Source: Desulfobacterales bacterium (GTDB taxonomy: Bacteria > Desulfobacterota > Desulfobacteria > Desulfobacterales > SURF-7). Taken from it: a stretch of 64,000 nt of DNA. The position numbers and the translations under genes were made by a program. The number at the start of each line of letters is the position of its first letter. The stretch's first letter is position 1. Below, in pieces: positions 41,147 through 51,091 of this stretch. Location of the stretch: the NCBI GenBank assembly GCA_018693105.1, contig JABHLN010000004.1, forward strand, positions 2,327 through 66,326, read 5' to 3'. The notes beneath the pieces are model-generated. The model was given only the letters and a program-made list of their open reading frames with translations, made no database searches and was not told the origin of the DNA.

Positions 41147-42268
41147 ATGATTAAAAAAATAAATAATAAAGAGTTTCTACAGGAGGAACTGGAACGTCGT
41201 ATTCTGCACGGGCTTTCATGTGAGTGGGGGTGGGCAGTTAATGTTTTAAGACCTGAACAAAGGCAAAAGATTCGGAAGCCTATGTTCAGTATCAAAGACA
41301 TGAAAGGGAAACTCGGCTACTGGTCTGCAGAAAATCGTGAGATCTGCATTAGTAGAAACCTTGTAATGAATCATCCCTGGGATGCTGTATGTGATGTATT
41401 AAAGCATGAAATAGGACATCAGTATGCAGAAGAGGTACTTGAAGTTAAAAATGAGACTTTCCACGGAAAGACCTTTTACGAAGCATGCCGAATTCTTCGT
41501 GCAAACCCTAAAGCTTCAGGAAAATACAGGCCGCTTCACAGGATGATAGCTCATGAGTTACCTGACCATGAAGATAAAATACTTCTTCGAATAAAAAAAC
41601 TAATGGCCCTTGCCGGTAGCAAAAATCAGCATGAAGCGGAATCTGCCATGGCAAAAGCCCATGACCTTATAACTAAATATAATATTGATCTTATTTCTAC
41701 TGAAAAAGACAGGGAATTTGTAAGTTTTTTTCTTGGCAGGCCTGCTCTTCGGCATTTTCGTGAGGAATATCATTTAGCTCACCTTTTGATAGATTATTAT
41801 TATGTTGAAGGTATCTGGGTGTCGGCTTATGTACTTGAGAAAGAAAAAATGGGACGTGTTCTGGAAATTACAGGAACACTTCAAAATGTTAAGATTGCAA
41901 ATTATGTGTATGATTATGTCAATAATTTTATCGATTTTAAATGGCGGGAATACAACCTTGATAAAGGCCTGAACCGCTACAGAAGGACTGATTTTGCTGT
42001 GGGAATAATCGAAGGTTTTATATCAAGAATGGATTCACAAAGAAAAAAAATGCGGATAAATGAAGGCGGAAATGAATTGATGAGTATTGAAGATTCAACG
42101 CTTATGGATTATATGTCATACAAATATCCCTATATTTCTAATGTCAAAGGCAGGGCATTGAGCCTTGATGAAAATGTTTTAAAAGACGGCAAAAAGATCG
42201 GCAGGAAAATGATATTATCAAAAGGGATTTCAGCTAAAGGGAAGAAAAAGGGGCTTTTGATAGAATAA
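41147..42268 (+). CDS. SprT-like zinc metalloprotease domain + DUF2786-like domain protein
   Basis: HEIGHQY (HExxH) followed by FHGKTF is SprT-like. ILLRIKKLMALAGSKNQHEAESAMAKAHDLITKYNI matches the DUF2786 pattern. 373 aa. Confidence 0.6.
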   Translation: MIKKINNKEFLQEELERRILHGLSCEWGWAVNVLRPEQRQKIRKPMFSIKDMKGKLGYWSAENREICISRNLVMNHPWDAVCDVLKHEIGHQYAEEVLEVKNETFHGKTFYEACRILRANPKASGKYRPLHRMIAHELPDHEDKILLRIKKLMALAGSKNQHEAESAMAKAHDLITKYNIDLISTEKDREFVSFFLGRPALRHFREEYHLAHLLIDYYYVEGIWVSAYVLEKEKMGRVLEITGTLQNVKIANYVYDYVNNFIDFKWREYNLDKGLNRYRRTDFAVGIIEGFISRMDSQRKKMRINEGGNELMSIEDSTLMDYMSYKYPYISNVKGRALSLDENVLKDGKKIGRKMILSKGISAKGKKKGLLIE

Positions 42269-42302
42269 TATAAATTAATCCAATTGTATTTGAGAGATAT
42301 TA

Positions 42303-42653
42303 ATGAGTATTCTTAAGAACATCGTAAAAAAAGGTAAAAATGCAACGCTATCAATAGGTCTCGAGAGTGTTTTTAAAAATATAGTAAAAGAATATGCTGA
42401 TTTATTGTATTTCAAATTTGATTCCAGTAAAAGTTTTCTTGAGTTTGACCTCATGTTAAAAGATGAACTTTCATCACTTAAAGTAAGAATAGAAAATTTT
42501 AATATTTTAAAAAAGAATAATCATCACTATATTATTATTCCAGAACTGACTACTTCAAGGGAATGGATTAATACTATAGCCAAAGAGTATATTGTTGATA
42601 AGGAAATATTATTACCTGATGAATATGCAACATTTTATGAAATGATAACGTGA
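42303..42653 (+). CDS. hypothetical protein
   Basis: 116 aa ORF, 34 nt downstream of the SprT-like gene, with no recognisable family. Its stop TGA is the first three bases of the next family A element. Confidence 0.45.
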   Translation: MSILKNIVKKGKNATLSIGLESVFKNIVKEYADLLYFKFDSSKSFLEFDLMLKDELSSLKVRIENFNILKKNNHHYIIIPELTTSREWINTIAKEYIVDKEILLPDEYATFYEMIT

Positions 42654-42806
42654 TGGCGTCGTAAAAAGTCTCCATCTATTGCGTTATAGTTGTTTATCAG
42701 AAGTTCGACATACTACATGTATACCTTCACTCCTGATAAACAATTATGCCTTGTATATGAAGATTTTTGCTTAGCCATCGGTTATAATTTTTTACAAGCT
42801 CATAAT
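42651..42806 (+). mobile_element. Family A element, full length (right terminus slightly degenerate)
   Basis: TGATGGCGTCGTAAAAAGTCTCCATCTATTGCGTTATAGTTGTTTATCAG...CTGATAAACAATTATGCC...TTTTTTACAAGCTCATAA. Confidence 0.9.
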
Positions 42807-42842
42807 GAAATTATAGTGTAAAGGTTCTTTGAATATATTGAC

Positions 42843-44342
42843 ATGAAAAATATATATAATATCCCTCTGATTGAAAGGGCCCGGGAATTTTACGGAAGAA
42901 AAGCCATCATTGATAAGTATGGTGAATATACATATGGTGAACTTCTTGATTCCGCAAAAAATGTTGCAGCATGCCTTCTGAACGGAAAAGATGATATTTT
43001 TGAGGATAGAATTGTATTCATGGTACCATCCTCATTTGAATATGTCGCTATACAATGGGGTATATGGCTTGCAGGAGGAATTGCAGTACCTGTTTCTATA
43101 AAAAGTCCTTTACCTGAAATTGAATATGTTTTAGATGATACATCCGCAGCCTGTTTTATAGTTCACCCCGATTTAACTGAAAAAATACAATCATTGCTTC
43201 ACAAACGTGATACACGTCTGATAATTACAACCAAAGCATTGCAAGCCAAAAGCACAAAACTACCTGTTATCAACAAAAACAGACGTGCCATGATAGTTTA
43301 TACAAGCGGCACTACGGGGAAACCTAAAGGTGTGGTTACTACACATGAAATCATTGGATCCCATATAACAACCCTTATAGACTCATGGGCGTGGACATCA
43401 AAAGATTATATATTGTTGACTCTACCCCTTCATCATGTTCATGGAATAATAAATGTTCTGTCTTGTGCTTTGTGGGCTGGTGCTAAATGTGAAATGATGG
43501 AAGAGTTTAATGCGGAAAAGGTATGGGACTGCTTTTTAAATAATGATGTCAGCCTTTTTATGGCTGTGCCTACTGTTTATGTTAAGCTTATTAATGCCTG
43601 GGAAAATTCAGATTCTATAAAAAGAGGAAAAATGCTTATTGCATGCGCCCGAATCCGTTTAATGGTTTCGGGCTCAGCGGCGCTTCCTGTGAATGTCTAT
43701 AAAAAATGGAGATTGATAAGCGGACACTCAATGCTTGAGCGTTATGGAATGACCGAAATCGGTATGGCTATCTCAAATCCTCTTCATGGTGAGCGAAGGC
43801 CAGGTTATGTCGGTAAACCGTTTGCAGGTGTTCGGGTAAAGCTGGTAGATGAAACGGGAGAGGTTATAAAAGAAGAAGGGGTTGCCGGCGAGATATGTAT
43901 CAGAAGTAAAAATGTTTTTCTTGAATACTGGGGAAAACCTGAAGAGACAAAAAAAACATTTCGTGACGACTGGCTCCTTACGGGAGATATAGCTGTAATG
44001 GAGGGCGGGTATTACAGAATACTTGGAAGAAAATCTGTGGATATAATTAAAACTGGTGGTTATAAGGTCTCTGCTCTCGAGATCGAAGAGGTCTTAAGAG
44101 AACATCCTTCGATAGCTGAATGTGCAGTTGTTGGTGCAAGCGATCCTGAATGGGGAGAAACGATTTGTGCCGCTATAAAACTCGAAAATAAGAAATCACT
44201 TTCTTTAAAGGAGTTGCGCGATTGGGGAAAGGAAATACTATCTTCCTATAAGATTCCTAAAAGGATATTATTAGTTGATAGTCTTCCGAGAAATATCATG
44301 GGCAAGGTTACAAAAACTGATGTGAAAAAACTCTTCAGGTGA
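42843..44342 (+). CDS. AMP-dependent acyl-CoA synthetase/ligase
   Basis: YTSGTTGKPKGV, RYGMTE, GDIA..GYYRILGR, GKVTK. Confidence 0.88.
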   Translation: MKNIYNIPLIERAREFYGRKAIIDKYGEYTYGELLDSAKNVAACLLNGKDDIFEDRIVFMVPSSFEYVAIQWGIWLAGGIAVPVSIKSPLPEIEYVLDDTSAACFIVHPDLTEKIQSLLHKRDTRLIITTKALQAKSTKLPVINKNRRAMIVYTSGTTGKPKGVVTTHEIIGSHITTLIDSWAWTSKDYILLTLPLHHVHGIINVLSCALWAGAKCEMMEEFNAEKVWDCFLNNDVSLFMAVPTVYVKLINAWENSDSIKRGKMLIACARIRLMVSGSAALPVNVYKKWRLISGHSMLERYGMTEIGMAISNPLHGERRPGYVGKPFAGVRVKLVDETGEVIKEEGVAGEICIRSKNVFLEYWGKPEETKKTFRDDWLLTGDIAVMEGGYYRILGRKSVDIIKTGGYKVSALEIEEVLREHPSIAECAVVGASDPEWGETICAAIKLENKKSLSLKELRDWGKEILSSYKIPKRILLVDSLPRNIMGKVTKTDVKKLFR

Positions 44343-44407
44343 AAACTCTGAATTTGTTTTGCTTATTCTGCCTACATCAAAACAAGAGCCTGTAGATATT
44401 ATTTTCT

Positions 44408-44914
44408 TCAGGTTCTATTTGAATAATATTCTTCAATAAAATGTTTGTGACTTTCGAACGCTATTTCAGGAAGTTTGTCATAAGAATAGTAGGCTACATC
44501 AGATGCGTCATCACCTGCAATAAGAGTTCCTGAATGTTTTAATATAAGATACCCTATTAGAACAACCGTAATGTAAAAAGGGTTAGGGCTTGTTGAAACA
44601 TCTATAAGACGATCGATTTTTCCAATGAGACCGGTTTCTTCTTCAAGTTCTCTGAGAGCACCTTGTTCAGGCGTTTCCCCAAGCTCCATAAAACCACCCG
44701 GCAGACACCAGTGCCCAATTTTAGGCTCCACACTTCTTTTTACAAGCAGGAGCCTTTCCTTGTTATCAATGACAACAACAGCTGTAGCCGGTATCGGGTT
44801 TTCATATATAGGCTCATCACAGCTTTCGCAAAAAAGTCGAAGAGAACCTTCACATTCCTTTTTTATAAGCGATGCCGAACAAAAGTGACAATACTTTTTT
44901 TGCCCTATTATCAA
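44408..44914 (-). CDS. NUDIX hydrolase with N-terminal zinc ribbon (NudC-like architecture)
   Basis: CHFC...CESC ribbon and the Nudix box GGFMELGETPEQGALRELEEETGL. 4-nt overlap with the aldolase gene. Confidence 0.8.
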   Translation of the reverse strand: MIIGQKKYCHFCSASLIKKECEGSLRLFCESCDEPIYENPIPATAVVVIDNKERLLLVKRSVEPKIGHWCLPGGFMELGETPEQGALRELEEETGLIGKIDRLIDVSTSPNPFYITVVLIGYLILKHSGTLIAGDDASDVAYYSYDKLPEIAFESHKHFIEEYYSNRT

Positions 44915-46194
44915 TCGTCAAAATCCCCTTCAGGTCCCTTATCAGAAGTAATTGTTGCTGCACGTTCTATGATTTTCTCCGGTGTCCAGTTGTCAGGGTC
45001 TTCGATACGTGAAGATTTTGCTCCCGGATCATGAGAACCGGCTTCAAGAATGGCTTTAATGGCAAGAGGTGCGGTATCACCGGCATTTAATACATTTGCC
45101 AGCATATTATATACAAAATCTTCAACTCTTTTAGCCATCCTGTCTCTTACCTCTTTTGACTGGCCAAGGAGTATATTTTCGAAAGGCAAATTCAACTTTT
45201 TGTAGTTTCCTCCTTTTAGACCTTTCTCATTTGCGTAGGCTACCATTTCAGCCCACATTTCCTCGGAAACGCCTTCATCTGCTACTTTGATAAAATTGCC
45301 TTCGTCATCAAGAATTGCATTTCCATAATCGTTGACTTCAAGACCCCATGAGATCATTTGAAGGGCAGTGGCCACGTTTGCCTTGGTGGTATTGGTTTTA
45401 CTTGCAATTTCTCTCAGCCGGTCTGAGTCGTTACCTGATGTTCCGTGCTGTGCTCCTGATACTTTGTATTTTTCAATGGCATTGTGAATTTCGGATGTTA
45501 AACCAACCTGAATTCCCTCACCACTTGTTTCGATACCGTGTGTGGTGCCGTTATTCAGTGCAATCCAGTCTGCAGAAATGTCATGTGCATTAAGTCCCTG
45601 GATCAGGAACAATGCCTCTTCAGTAGTTGAGAGCCCTTCTGTCCCTTTTATTTCACCGACTTCTGTTTCAAGGCCGGCCCATTTAGGGACATATGGATTC
45701 AGTTCTAAATTTGAAAGAAGGTTTTTATCATCAGGAAGATGTGAAGCATCTATTGCAATTGATGTAACACCTGCATCAAAGATGGAAGGTATTTCAATCT
45801 TGGCTTTTTTAATATCTTCATCGCTTTTGATTCCATAGTGGTCAGCATGAATCGCTACAGGGATAGTTATATCAAGTTCGTTGCAGAGGCTGTCCACAAC
45901 CCTTGCAATATTCCATAGATTAATCCCGCAGTACGCGGCTGCACCGCCTTCGGATTTGGCTATTTCAATTATAATAGCGGCATTAGCCTTTTGGGCTGCC
46001 TGTAGTGCACCCCGGATAACAAAATAACTCCTTCCGTTTGCCGCCATGGTAACGGCCCCGCCTTTCGCCATAACAGCCCGGTCAATATATTTACCGCTTA
46101 CTATCAAGGCTTTGGAATTGGGAAAAAGTTTAACTATATTGGGTGGACGGCCTATCTCCAATGCTTTTTTAAAATCTGATGAAGTTTCAGGCAT
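44911..46194 (-). CDS. fba: class II fructose/ketose-bisphosphate aldolase
   Basis: IHADHYG, AIDASHL, GAQHGTSG. Long (427 aa) class II form. Confidence 0.8.
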   Translation of the reverse strand: MPETSSDFKKALEIGRPPNIVKLFPNSKALIVSGKYIDRAVMAKGGAVTMAANGRSYFVIRGALQAAQKANAAIIIEIAKSEGGAAAYCGINLWNIARVVDSLCNELDITIPVAIHADHYGIKSDEDIKKAKIEIPSIFDAGVTSIAIDASHLPDDKNLLSNLELNPYVPKWAGLETEVGEIKGTEGLSTTEEALFLIQGLNAHDISADWIALNNGTTHGIETSGEGIQVGLTSEIHNAIEKYKVSGAQHGTSGNDSDRLREIASKTNTTKANVATALQMISWGLEVNDYGNAILDDEGNFIKVADEGVSEEMWAEMVAYANEKGLKGGNYKKLNLPFENILLGQSKEVRDRMAKRVEDFVYNMLANVLNAGDTAPLAIKAILEAGSHDPGAKSSRIEDPDNWTPEKIIERAATITSDKGPEGDFDD

Positions 46195-46386
46195 TTTTAC
46201 CCCCTTTCATATTTTTATATAATATTGAAATTATTGTAATTAGATAAAATCAGTAAATAAATGCTGTTCTATTTTGATAAAGATACTTATAGATTTATTT
46301 ATATATAACTCTTTTGAAATGAAGCGTCAATTGTTGATGATAATTTAATGGTAAATCTGATTATATGAGTTGTACATTTTCTGTAT

Positions 46387-47934
46387 TTAGAATGGAAAAT
46401 CATCGTTAATAAAATCCGATTTTTTTAACTGGCTGGATTCAGGCATTTCTGCTGTTTTATGCTCCGGGTTTCCTTCAACATAAATTGCTCTGACCGGTCT
46501 GACAGGACAGGGAAGTTCACATGCTCCGCATCCTATACAAATTCTCTCATTTACTTTTGGAATAGTTAGACTGTTTTTATAAGGAACCATTTTCACCGAT
46601 TTTGTGGGGCAATGCTCTGAGCAGGCTCCACAGGCTGTGCCTTTAGTGTAAACAATACATTTTTCTTTTAAAAATTTTGCAACTCCGATCTGGGTTGTCT
46701 TTTTTATTTCAGAATCAATTTCGACAATAGCACCGGTGGGACAAACCCTGCTGCATTTTACACATTCAAAGCTGCACCTTCCTGAATGGTAATCCATTAT
46801 CGGCTGCAGCATTCCTGAAAGTCCGTATTCGAATAATGATGGCTGAAGCACTCCTGTAGGACATTGGCTTACACAAAGATGGCATGCGGTGCATGATCGG
46901 CTGAAGTTTTTTATGTTTATTGAACCTGGAGGTGTAACAGGGGTTCTTTCATTTTGTTCAACAATGTTTTTAAAAGGATTTATTCCTGTTAACCCGAATA
47001 GTCCGGCAAAAGAAGCAAAAATCAACTTTCTTTTTCCGGTGTCAGTGACCGCAGGTTTTCTGTCGGCTTTTTTTCGGTAGATGTTTGGTTCATAATTTAG
47101 TGCAGATGACGGACAGGCATTAAAGCAGTTAAAACATGCTATACATCTTGTGAAATCAACGTTTTTTGTTGTGATATCAATGCAGCTGGCTTTACATGCT
47201 TTTTCACAGAGGCCACAGGTGCTGCATGTCTCTTCATCAAATTTAATTTTATAACCTGAAAACTTTGAGAAAAAAGCCAGTAGAGAACCGGCAGGGCAAA
47301 GTGTGTTGCAAAATGTCCTGCCGCCGGAGATCGACATCCATATGAGAATAAATAAAAATACGAATGAGAATATTACCGAAATAATACTTATACTGATGTA
47401 ATCAACCTGATAAAGGATAAAAATGTCGTAATTTTCAAGAATTGATGAGGCCGAATTGTTTATTGCAATTATAACCGGTTTTATCAAACTTGAAAATATC
47501 CTTCCAGAGTTACTGAACGGGTCAAGAATAGTTATCGGTAATACATATCCAAATAAAAAGGCAATAACAGAAAGAATTAATATTGAATACCTGGTCAGGT
47601 TTTTCGGTTCCTTAAACCTGAATCCTTTGTTTTTTTTTATTTTCCCTGAAATGCGGTAAATAACGTCCTGGAGGGTTCCAAGTGGGCAGATGGTTGAACA
47701 ATATAACCGGCCCCATAATAGTGTCACTGCCAATATAAAAATAAACCCTGAAGCTGCAAGACTAATGTTAGATGAGAAATATATAATTGAGGGTATGATT
47801 TGCAGATAAAGATAAATTTTGTTGAAGATTTCAGGGATTAAATTTCTGAAATCGGTAAATATAAGGGTAAACACGAAAAAAAGTAAAAGTGAAACAACCA
47901 CCCTTACTTTTTTTAAACGTGACATATTAATCAC
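46387..47934 (-). CDS. membrane-bound polyferredoxin (NapH/MauN-like 4Fe-4S binding protein)
   Basis: N-terminal TM helices with CSTICPLGTLQD and CNTLCPAGSL, then six ferredoxin motifs (e.g. CSTCGLCEKAC, CIACFNCFNACP, CIGCGACELPCP). The start is uncertain: GTG at 47934 or ATG at 47925. Confidence 0.8.
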   Translation of the reverse strand: MINMSRLKKVRVVVSLLLFFVFTLIFTDFRNLIPEIFNKIYLYLQIIPSIIYFSSNISLAASGFIFILAVTLLWGRLYCSTICPLGTLQDVIYRISGKIKKNKGFRFKEPKNLTRYSILILSVIAFLFGYVLPITILDPFSNSGRIFSSLIKPVIIAINNSASSILENYDIFILYQVDYISISIISVIFSFVFLFILIWMSISGGRTFCNTLCPAGSLLAFFSKFSGYKIKFDEETCSTCGLCEKACKASCIDITTKNVDFTRCIACFNCFNACPSSALNYEPNIYRKKADRKPAVTDTGKRKLIFASFAGLFGLTGINPFKNIVEQNERTPVTPPGSINIKNFSRSCTACHLCVSQCPTGVLQPSLFEYGLSGMLQPIMDYHSGRCSFECVKCSRVCPTGAIVEIDSEIKKTTQIGVAKFLKEKCIVYTKGTACGACSEHCPTKSVKMVPYKNSLTIPKVNERICIGCGACELPCPVRPVRAIYVEGNPEHKTAEMPESSQLKKSDFINDDFPF

Positions 47935-48854
47935 TAACTGATCCTGATTTTATTAATGTTTAATTTTTCAAGATTCATATTTCCTGTTCCCATTTCATGT
48001 GCATAACGGATATGAGGGATATCGGCTGGTAAAATACCAAAAATTTTAGCTGCAGCAGCATCTGCAGCAACAATATCAGTTGAGATTATTTGGGATCCGG
48101 CTTTAATCACATCATCGACAGACACGCCTCTGGGACCGTTTCTTTTCATAATATTGTATGCATCAACAATGTTTAAATCCGGTTTCCTGAAAGTTGGAAA
48201 ATCGGCGATGCATTGATGGAGGTTGTTTGAGTGCCAGAAACGCCTGTCCGTGTCCCAGACAATCCCCATCAGGTTTTTCATTGCTATAGTTAGTTTGGTA
48301 CTTCCGTGATTTTTAAGAATAGGTACGTTGATAAACACATCAGATTCAAGAATAAGCTCATGAACTTTTGCTGATTTTAAGGATTTACCTTTCCGGATTT
48401 TCACCTCATGGTAGTATTTTTCTCTATTACCCGGAACAATCTTTCCTTTTGCATCTATAGTTGCCTGCTTTATACCGCTTTTTTCATAACATTCTGTCCA
48501 ATTGTTGCATGTATTATCAAAGACATAAACCTGTTTTGCCCCTGCCTTATAGCAATGCTCAATTATTCTTTTAACCAGTTTAGGATTCGTATTTGCAGCT
48601 CTTTCCGGGGTGGCGGCCCAGCCTATATTCGGCTTTACAACAACTGTATTCCCTTTTTTAATAAATTTTTCCATTCCTCCAAGTGATTTAATGCCGCGAT
48701 CGAACATGGTATCCGGAGTTCCTCCCTTAATAGCTACAAGGTCATAAGGGGTATGGCTTTCAGCAAAAAGTTTCTCGTAACTTCCCGTGGCAAGTGTTGA
48801 TCCAAGGGTGATGCCCGCAGCCATGCTTTTTTTTAAAAACTCCCTTCTTTCCAT
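47934..48854 (-). CDS. DUF362-domain protein with Tat signal peptide
   Basis: MERREFLKKSMAAGITLGS (twin-arginine-like) and VVVKPNIGWAATPERAANTNPKLVKRIIEHCYKAGAKQVYVFD, typical of DUF362. Confidence 0.7.
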   Translation of the reverse strand: MERREFLKKSMAAGITLGSTLATGSYEKLFAESHTPYDLVAIKGGTPDTMFDRGIKSLGGMEKFIKKGNTVVVKPNIGWAATPERAANTNPKLVKRIIEHCYKAGAKQVYVFDNTCNNWTECYEKSGIKQATIDAKGKIVPGNREKYYHEVKIRKGKSLKSAKVHELILESDVFINVPILKNHGSTKLTIAMKNLMGIVWDTDRRFWHSNNLHQCIADFPTFRKPDLNIVDAYNIMKRNGPRGVSVDDVIKAGSQIISTDIVAADAAAAKIFGILPADIPHIRYAHEMGTGNMNLEKLNINKIRIS

Positions 48855-49107
48855 AAGGGCCTCCTTTCTCCGGATGAAGTTTTACCACTATTCTGGAGAA
48901 ACGCCATTGAACATCTGGATGTCTTACTATTTAATATTTAGCCAATGTCAGGGATAAAAAAATAGTATGGAGTATCTATTCCAAATGTTCAAAATTATTT
49001 CAGGTAAGAGTACGATTTAACAAAAAATATTACATGATCGGAAAAGTTATGTCAAACCGGTCTGATCAAAACCAGCCTATCTATTGACCATTATCTTCAA
49101 TTAACCA

Positions 49108-49242
49108 TGATGAACTTGTAAAAAATCAACTTGGGATGGCAAAGCAAAAAGTTCAAGATCAAGGCGCCGCAAATCCCGAGGAATGAAGCGTACTAATTGT
49201 ACGCTGTAGTGACGAGGGGTGTAGCGCAACGTAGATATTGAC
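49108..49242 (-). mobile_element. Family B element (left terminus replaced by the adjoining family A copy)
   Basis: TGATGAACTTGTAAAAAATCAACTTGGGATGGCAAAGCAAAAAGTTCAAG...AGCGTACTAATTGTACGCT...GTAGCGCAACGTAGATATTGAC. The reverse complement aligns with 51092-51221. Confidence 0.8.
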
Positions 49243-49384
49243 TCGTAAAAAAAACCGATGGATAAGTAGAAATCTTCATATACAAGGCATAGAGTTTGGT
49301 TCGGTGTGAAGGCATACGTGTAGTATGTCGAATACCTGGCCAAACTCTATAACGCATTAATGGAGACATTCTACGACGCCATCA
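49238..49384 (-). mobile_element. Family A element, full length, reverse orientation, abutting family B
   Basis: ...ACTCGTAAAAAAAACCGATGGATAAGTAGAAATCTTCATATACAAGGCATAGAGTTTGG...CCAAACTCTATAACGCATTAATGGAGACATTCTACGACGCCATCA. The terminal TCA (49382-49384) is the stop codon of the SPOR gene. Confidence 0.88.
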
Positions 49385-50881
49385 ACGTTTGACAACTTCA
49401 GGATTGAAAGACAACCCCCGGAGTCTTTTTATTTGTTCGGAAGTCTCTTTTTCCGAACTGAATGCTCCGGCAAGAAATCGAAGTCTTTTTTCGGAATTTT
49501 TAAGCGGTATTATGTATGGGATAAAACCTTTATGTATTAACTTTGAGTTGATATCTTTCATGTTATGCTCTTTATCAAAAACCCCTATCTGAATTGTATA
49601 AGGCATTTTAACTGTGATTGCATCTTTAAACATTCTATTATTAAGTTTATTCATCTCTTTTTTTGCTTCAGTATATGATCCGTAAAAACCGATGAAAACA
49701 CGATAAAAAACTCCTGTTTCCGGGATACGTGCCGGAGATGTGAAAGCAGGTTCTCCGGCACTTCTCAACTGGGTTGTCAGACGCTGTGATGTCTTTATAT
49801 CTTTTAAAGAACATACCTGGATAGTATAGGGGTAATAGCCGCTTTTATCAGGCTTATTTCCTGTTTTATTGTATAGCGTAGTTACTTCTTTTTCAGCTTT
49901 GTGAATAATTTTTTTGTACTTTTTTCTTTTAATAATTTTTTTCGCTACAAGTTCATTATGCCATGGCCTGCCTGTATTATAATGCTCCAGGTGGGCTTTG
50001 TATTCTGAAAGGTTGTCGCTTTCATTCTCATTGTTTAGAAATTTAATAGCTTTTTTCTGAATAAGTTTTGCCGCTGTAAAATCACCGGCTTCTGCATATG
50101 CTGCAGCCAGCACATCAAGAGATTCTGCATTCTTAATAAAACCGTACCCTTTTCTTGCCATCAATACAGCTTTTTTGCCATTTCTATGGCGGGAGTCAGG
50201 ACAGCTTGACAGTATTTTTGACAACTCAAAATATGCTTCAGCTGATAAGGGGTTAATTTCAATTGCTTTTTCAAAATCGGAGATTGCAGGATCATAATTG
50301 CCTTTTGCGTTAAAAATCAATCCCCGGTTGAAATGTACTTCCGAAAACCTCTGAATAATATCATTATATCCTGAAACATTTTTTTCAGAAATTTTTGAGT
50401 AGACAGGGTTTGATTCAATATCTTTTGTATAATCTGCTATTGCTCTGCCGTAGTTTCCTTTAGCAGCCCAGGATGCTGCACGGTTGTAATATGCCTCACT
50501 GTAATTAGGATTGATTTCTATGGCTTTTGTATAATCTGCTATTGCATTGTCGGTGTTGCCTTTGGCCGCCCATGCAACACCTCGATTGCAGTATGCATCG
50601 GCAAAACCAGGGCTAATCGTTATGGCCCGAGTGTAATCCTTTATAGCTTCATCATATTTACTTATATAGAAAAATGCTATTCCCCGGTTACTGATGGCCA
50701 CGAAATCATGTGGAATTGTTTCAATTGTTGTAGAAAAAGCTTTAATAGCATCTTCGTAACTCCCGGAGTTTAAATACTTAATCCCAAGTTCAAAACTGTC
50801 TTCAAAACAGTAGGATGTTCGTGGATGCAAAAGAAGTACAGATATCGTCAATAATAATATGAGTGTTATAAATTTTTTCAT
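49382..50881 (-). CDS. TPR-repeat + SPOR-domain (peptidoglycan-binding) protein
   Basis: Signal/anchor MKKFITLILLLTISVLLL, multiple TPR repeats (AYCNRGVAWAAKGNTDNAIADYTKAIEINP...), and two SPOR-like repeats at the C-terminus (YTIQVCSLKD..YRVFIGFYGSYTEAKK; YTIQIGVF). Start moved to M16. Confidence 0.8.
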   Translation of the reverse strand: MKKFITLILLLTISVLLLHPRTSYCFEDSFELGIKYLNSGSYEDAIKAFSTTIETIPHDFVAISNRGIAFFYISKYDEAIKDYTRAITISPGFADAYCNRGVAWAAKGNTDNAIADYTKAIEINPNYSEAYYNRAASWAAKGNYGRAIADYTKDIESNPVYSKISEKNVSGYNDIIQRFSEVHFNRGLIFNAKGNYDPAISDFEKAIEINPLSAEAYFELSKILSSCPDSRHRNGKKAVLMARKGYGFIKNAESLDVLAAAYAEAGDFTAAKLIQKKAIKFLNNENESDNLSEYKAHLEHYNTGRPWHNELVAKKIIKRKKYKKIIHKAEKEVTTLYNKTGNKPDKSGYYPYTIQVCSLKDIKTSQRLTTQLRSAGEPAFTSPARIPETGVFYRVFIGFYGSYTEAKKEMNKLNNRMFKDAITVKMPYTIQIGVFDKEHNMKDINSKLIHKGFIPYIIPLKNSEKRLRFLAGAFSSEKETSEQIKRLRGLSFNPEVVKR

Positions 50882-50958
50882 TTCCGCAAGGTGATCTTTT
50901 AAAGAATTTTCATATAAACTCGACATAACATTAATTAAGCTTTTGTATCGATATCATA

Positions 50959-51028
50959 ATATGTAGTATGTCGAGTGTCCGGCCAAACGCTCTAACACAG
51001 TATATGGAGACTTTTTACGACGCCATCA
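50959..51028 (-). repeat. Family A left half (apex to left terminus)
   Basis: ATATGTAGTATGTCGAGTGTCCGGCCAAACGCTCTAACACAGTATATGGAGACTTTTTACGACGCCATCA. Bracketed by a 28-bp direct repeat (50931-50958 and 51030-51057). Confidence 0.8.
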
Positions 51029-51091
51029 ATTAATTAAGTTTATGTATCGATATCATATAGTCATATTCATCTTCAATTCTTTTATTAAATT

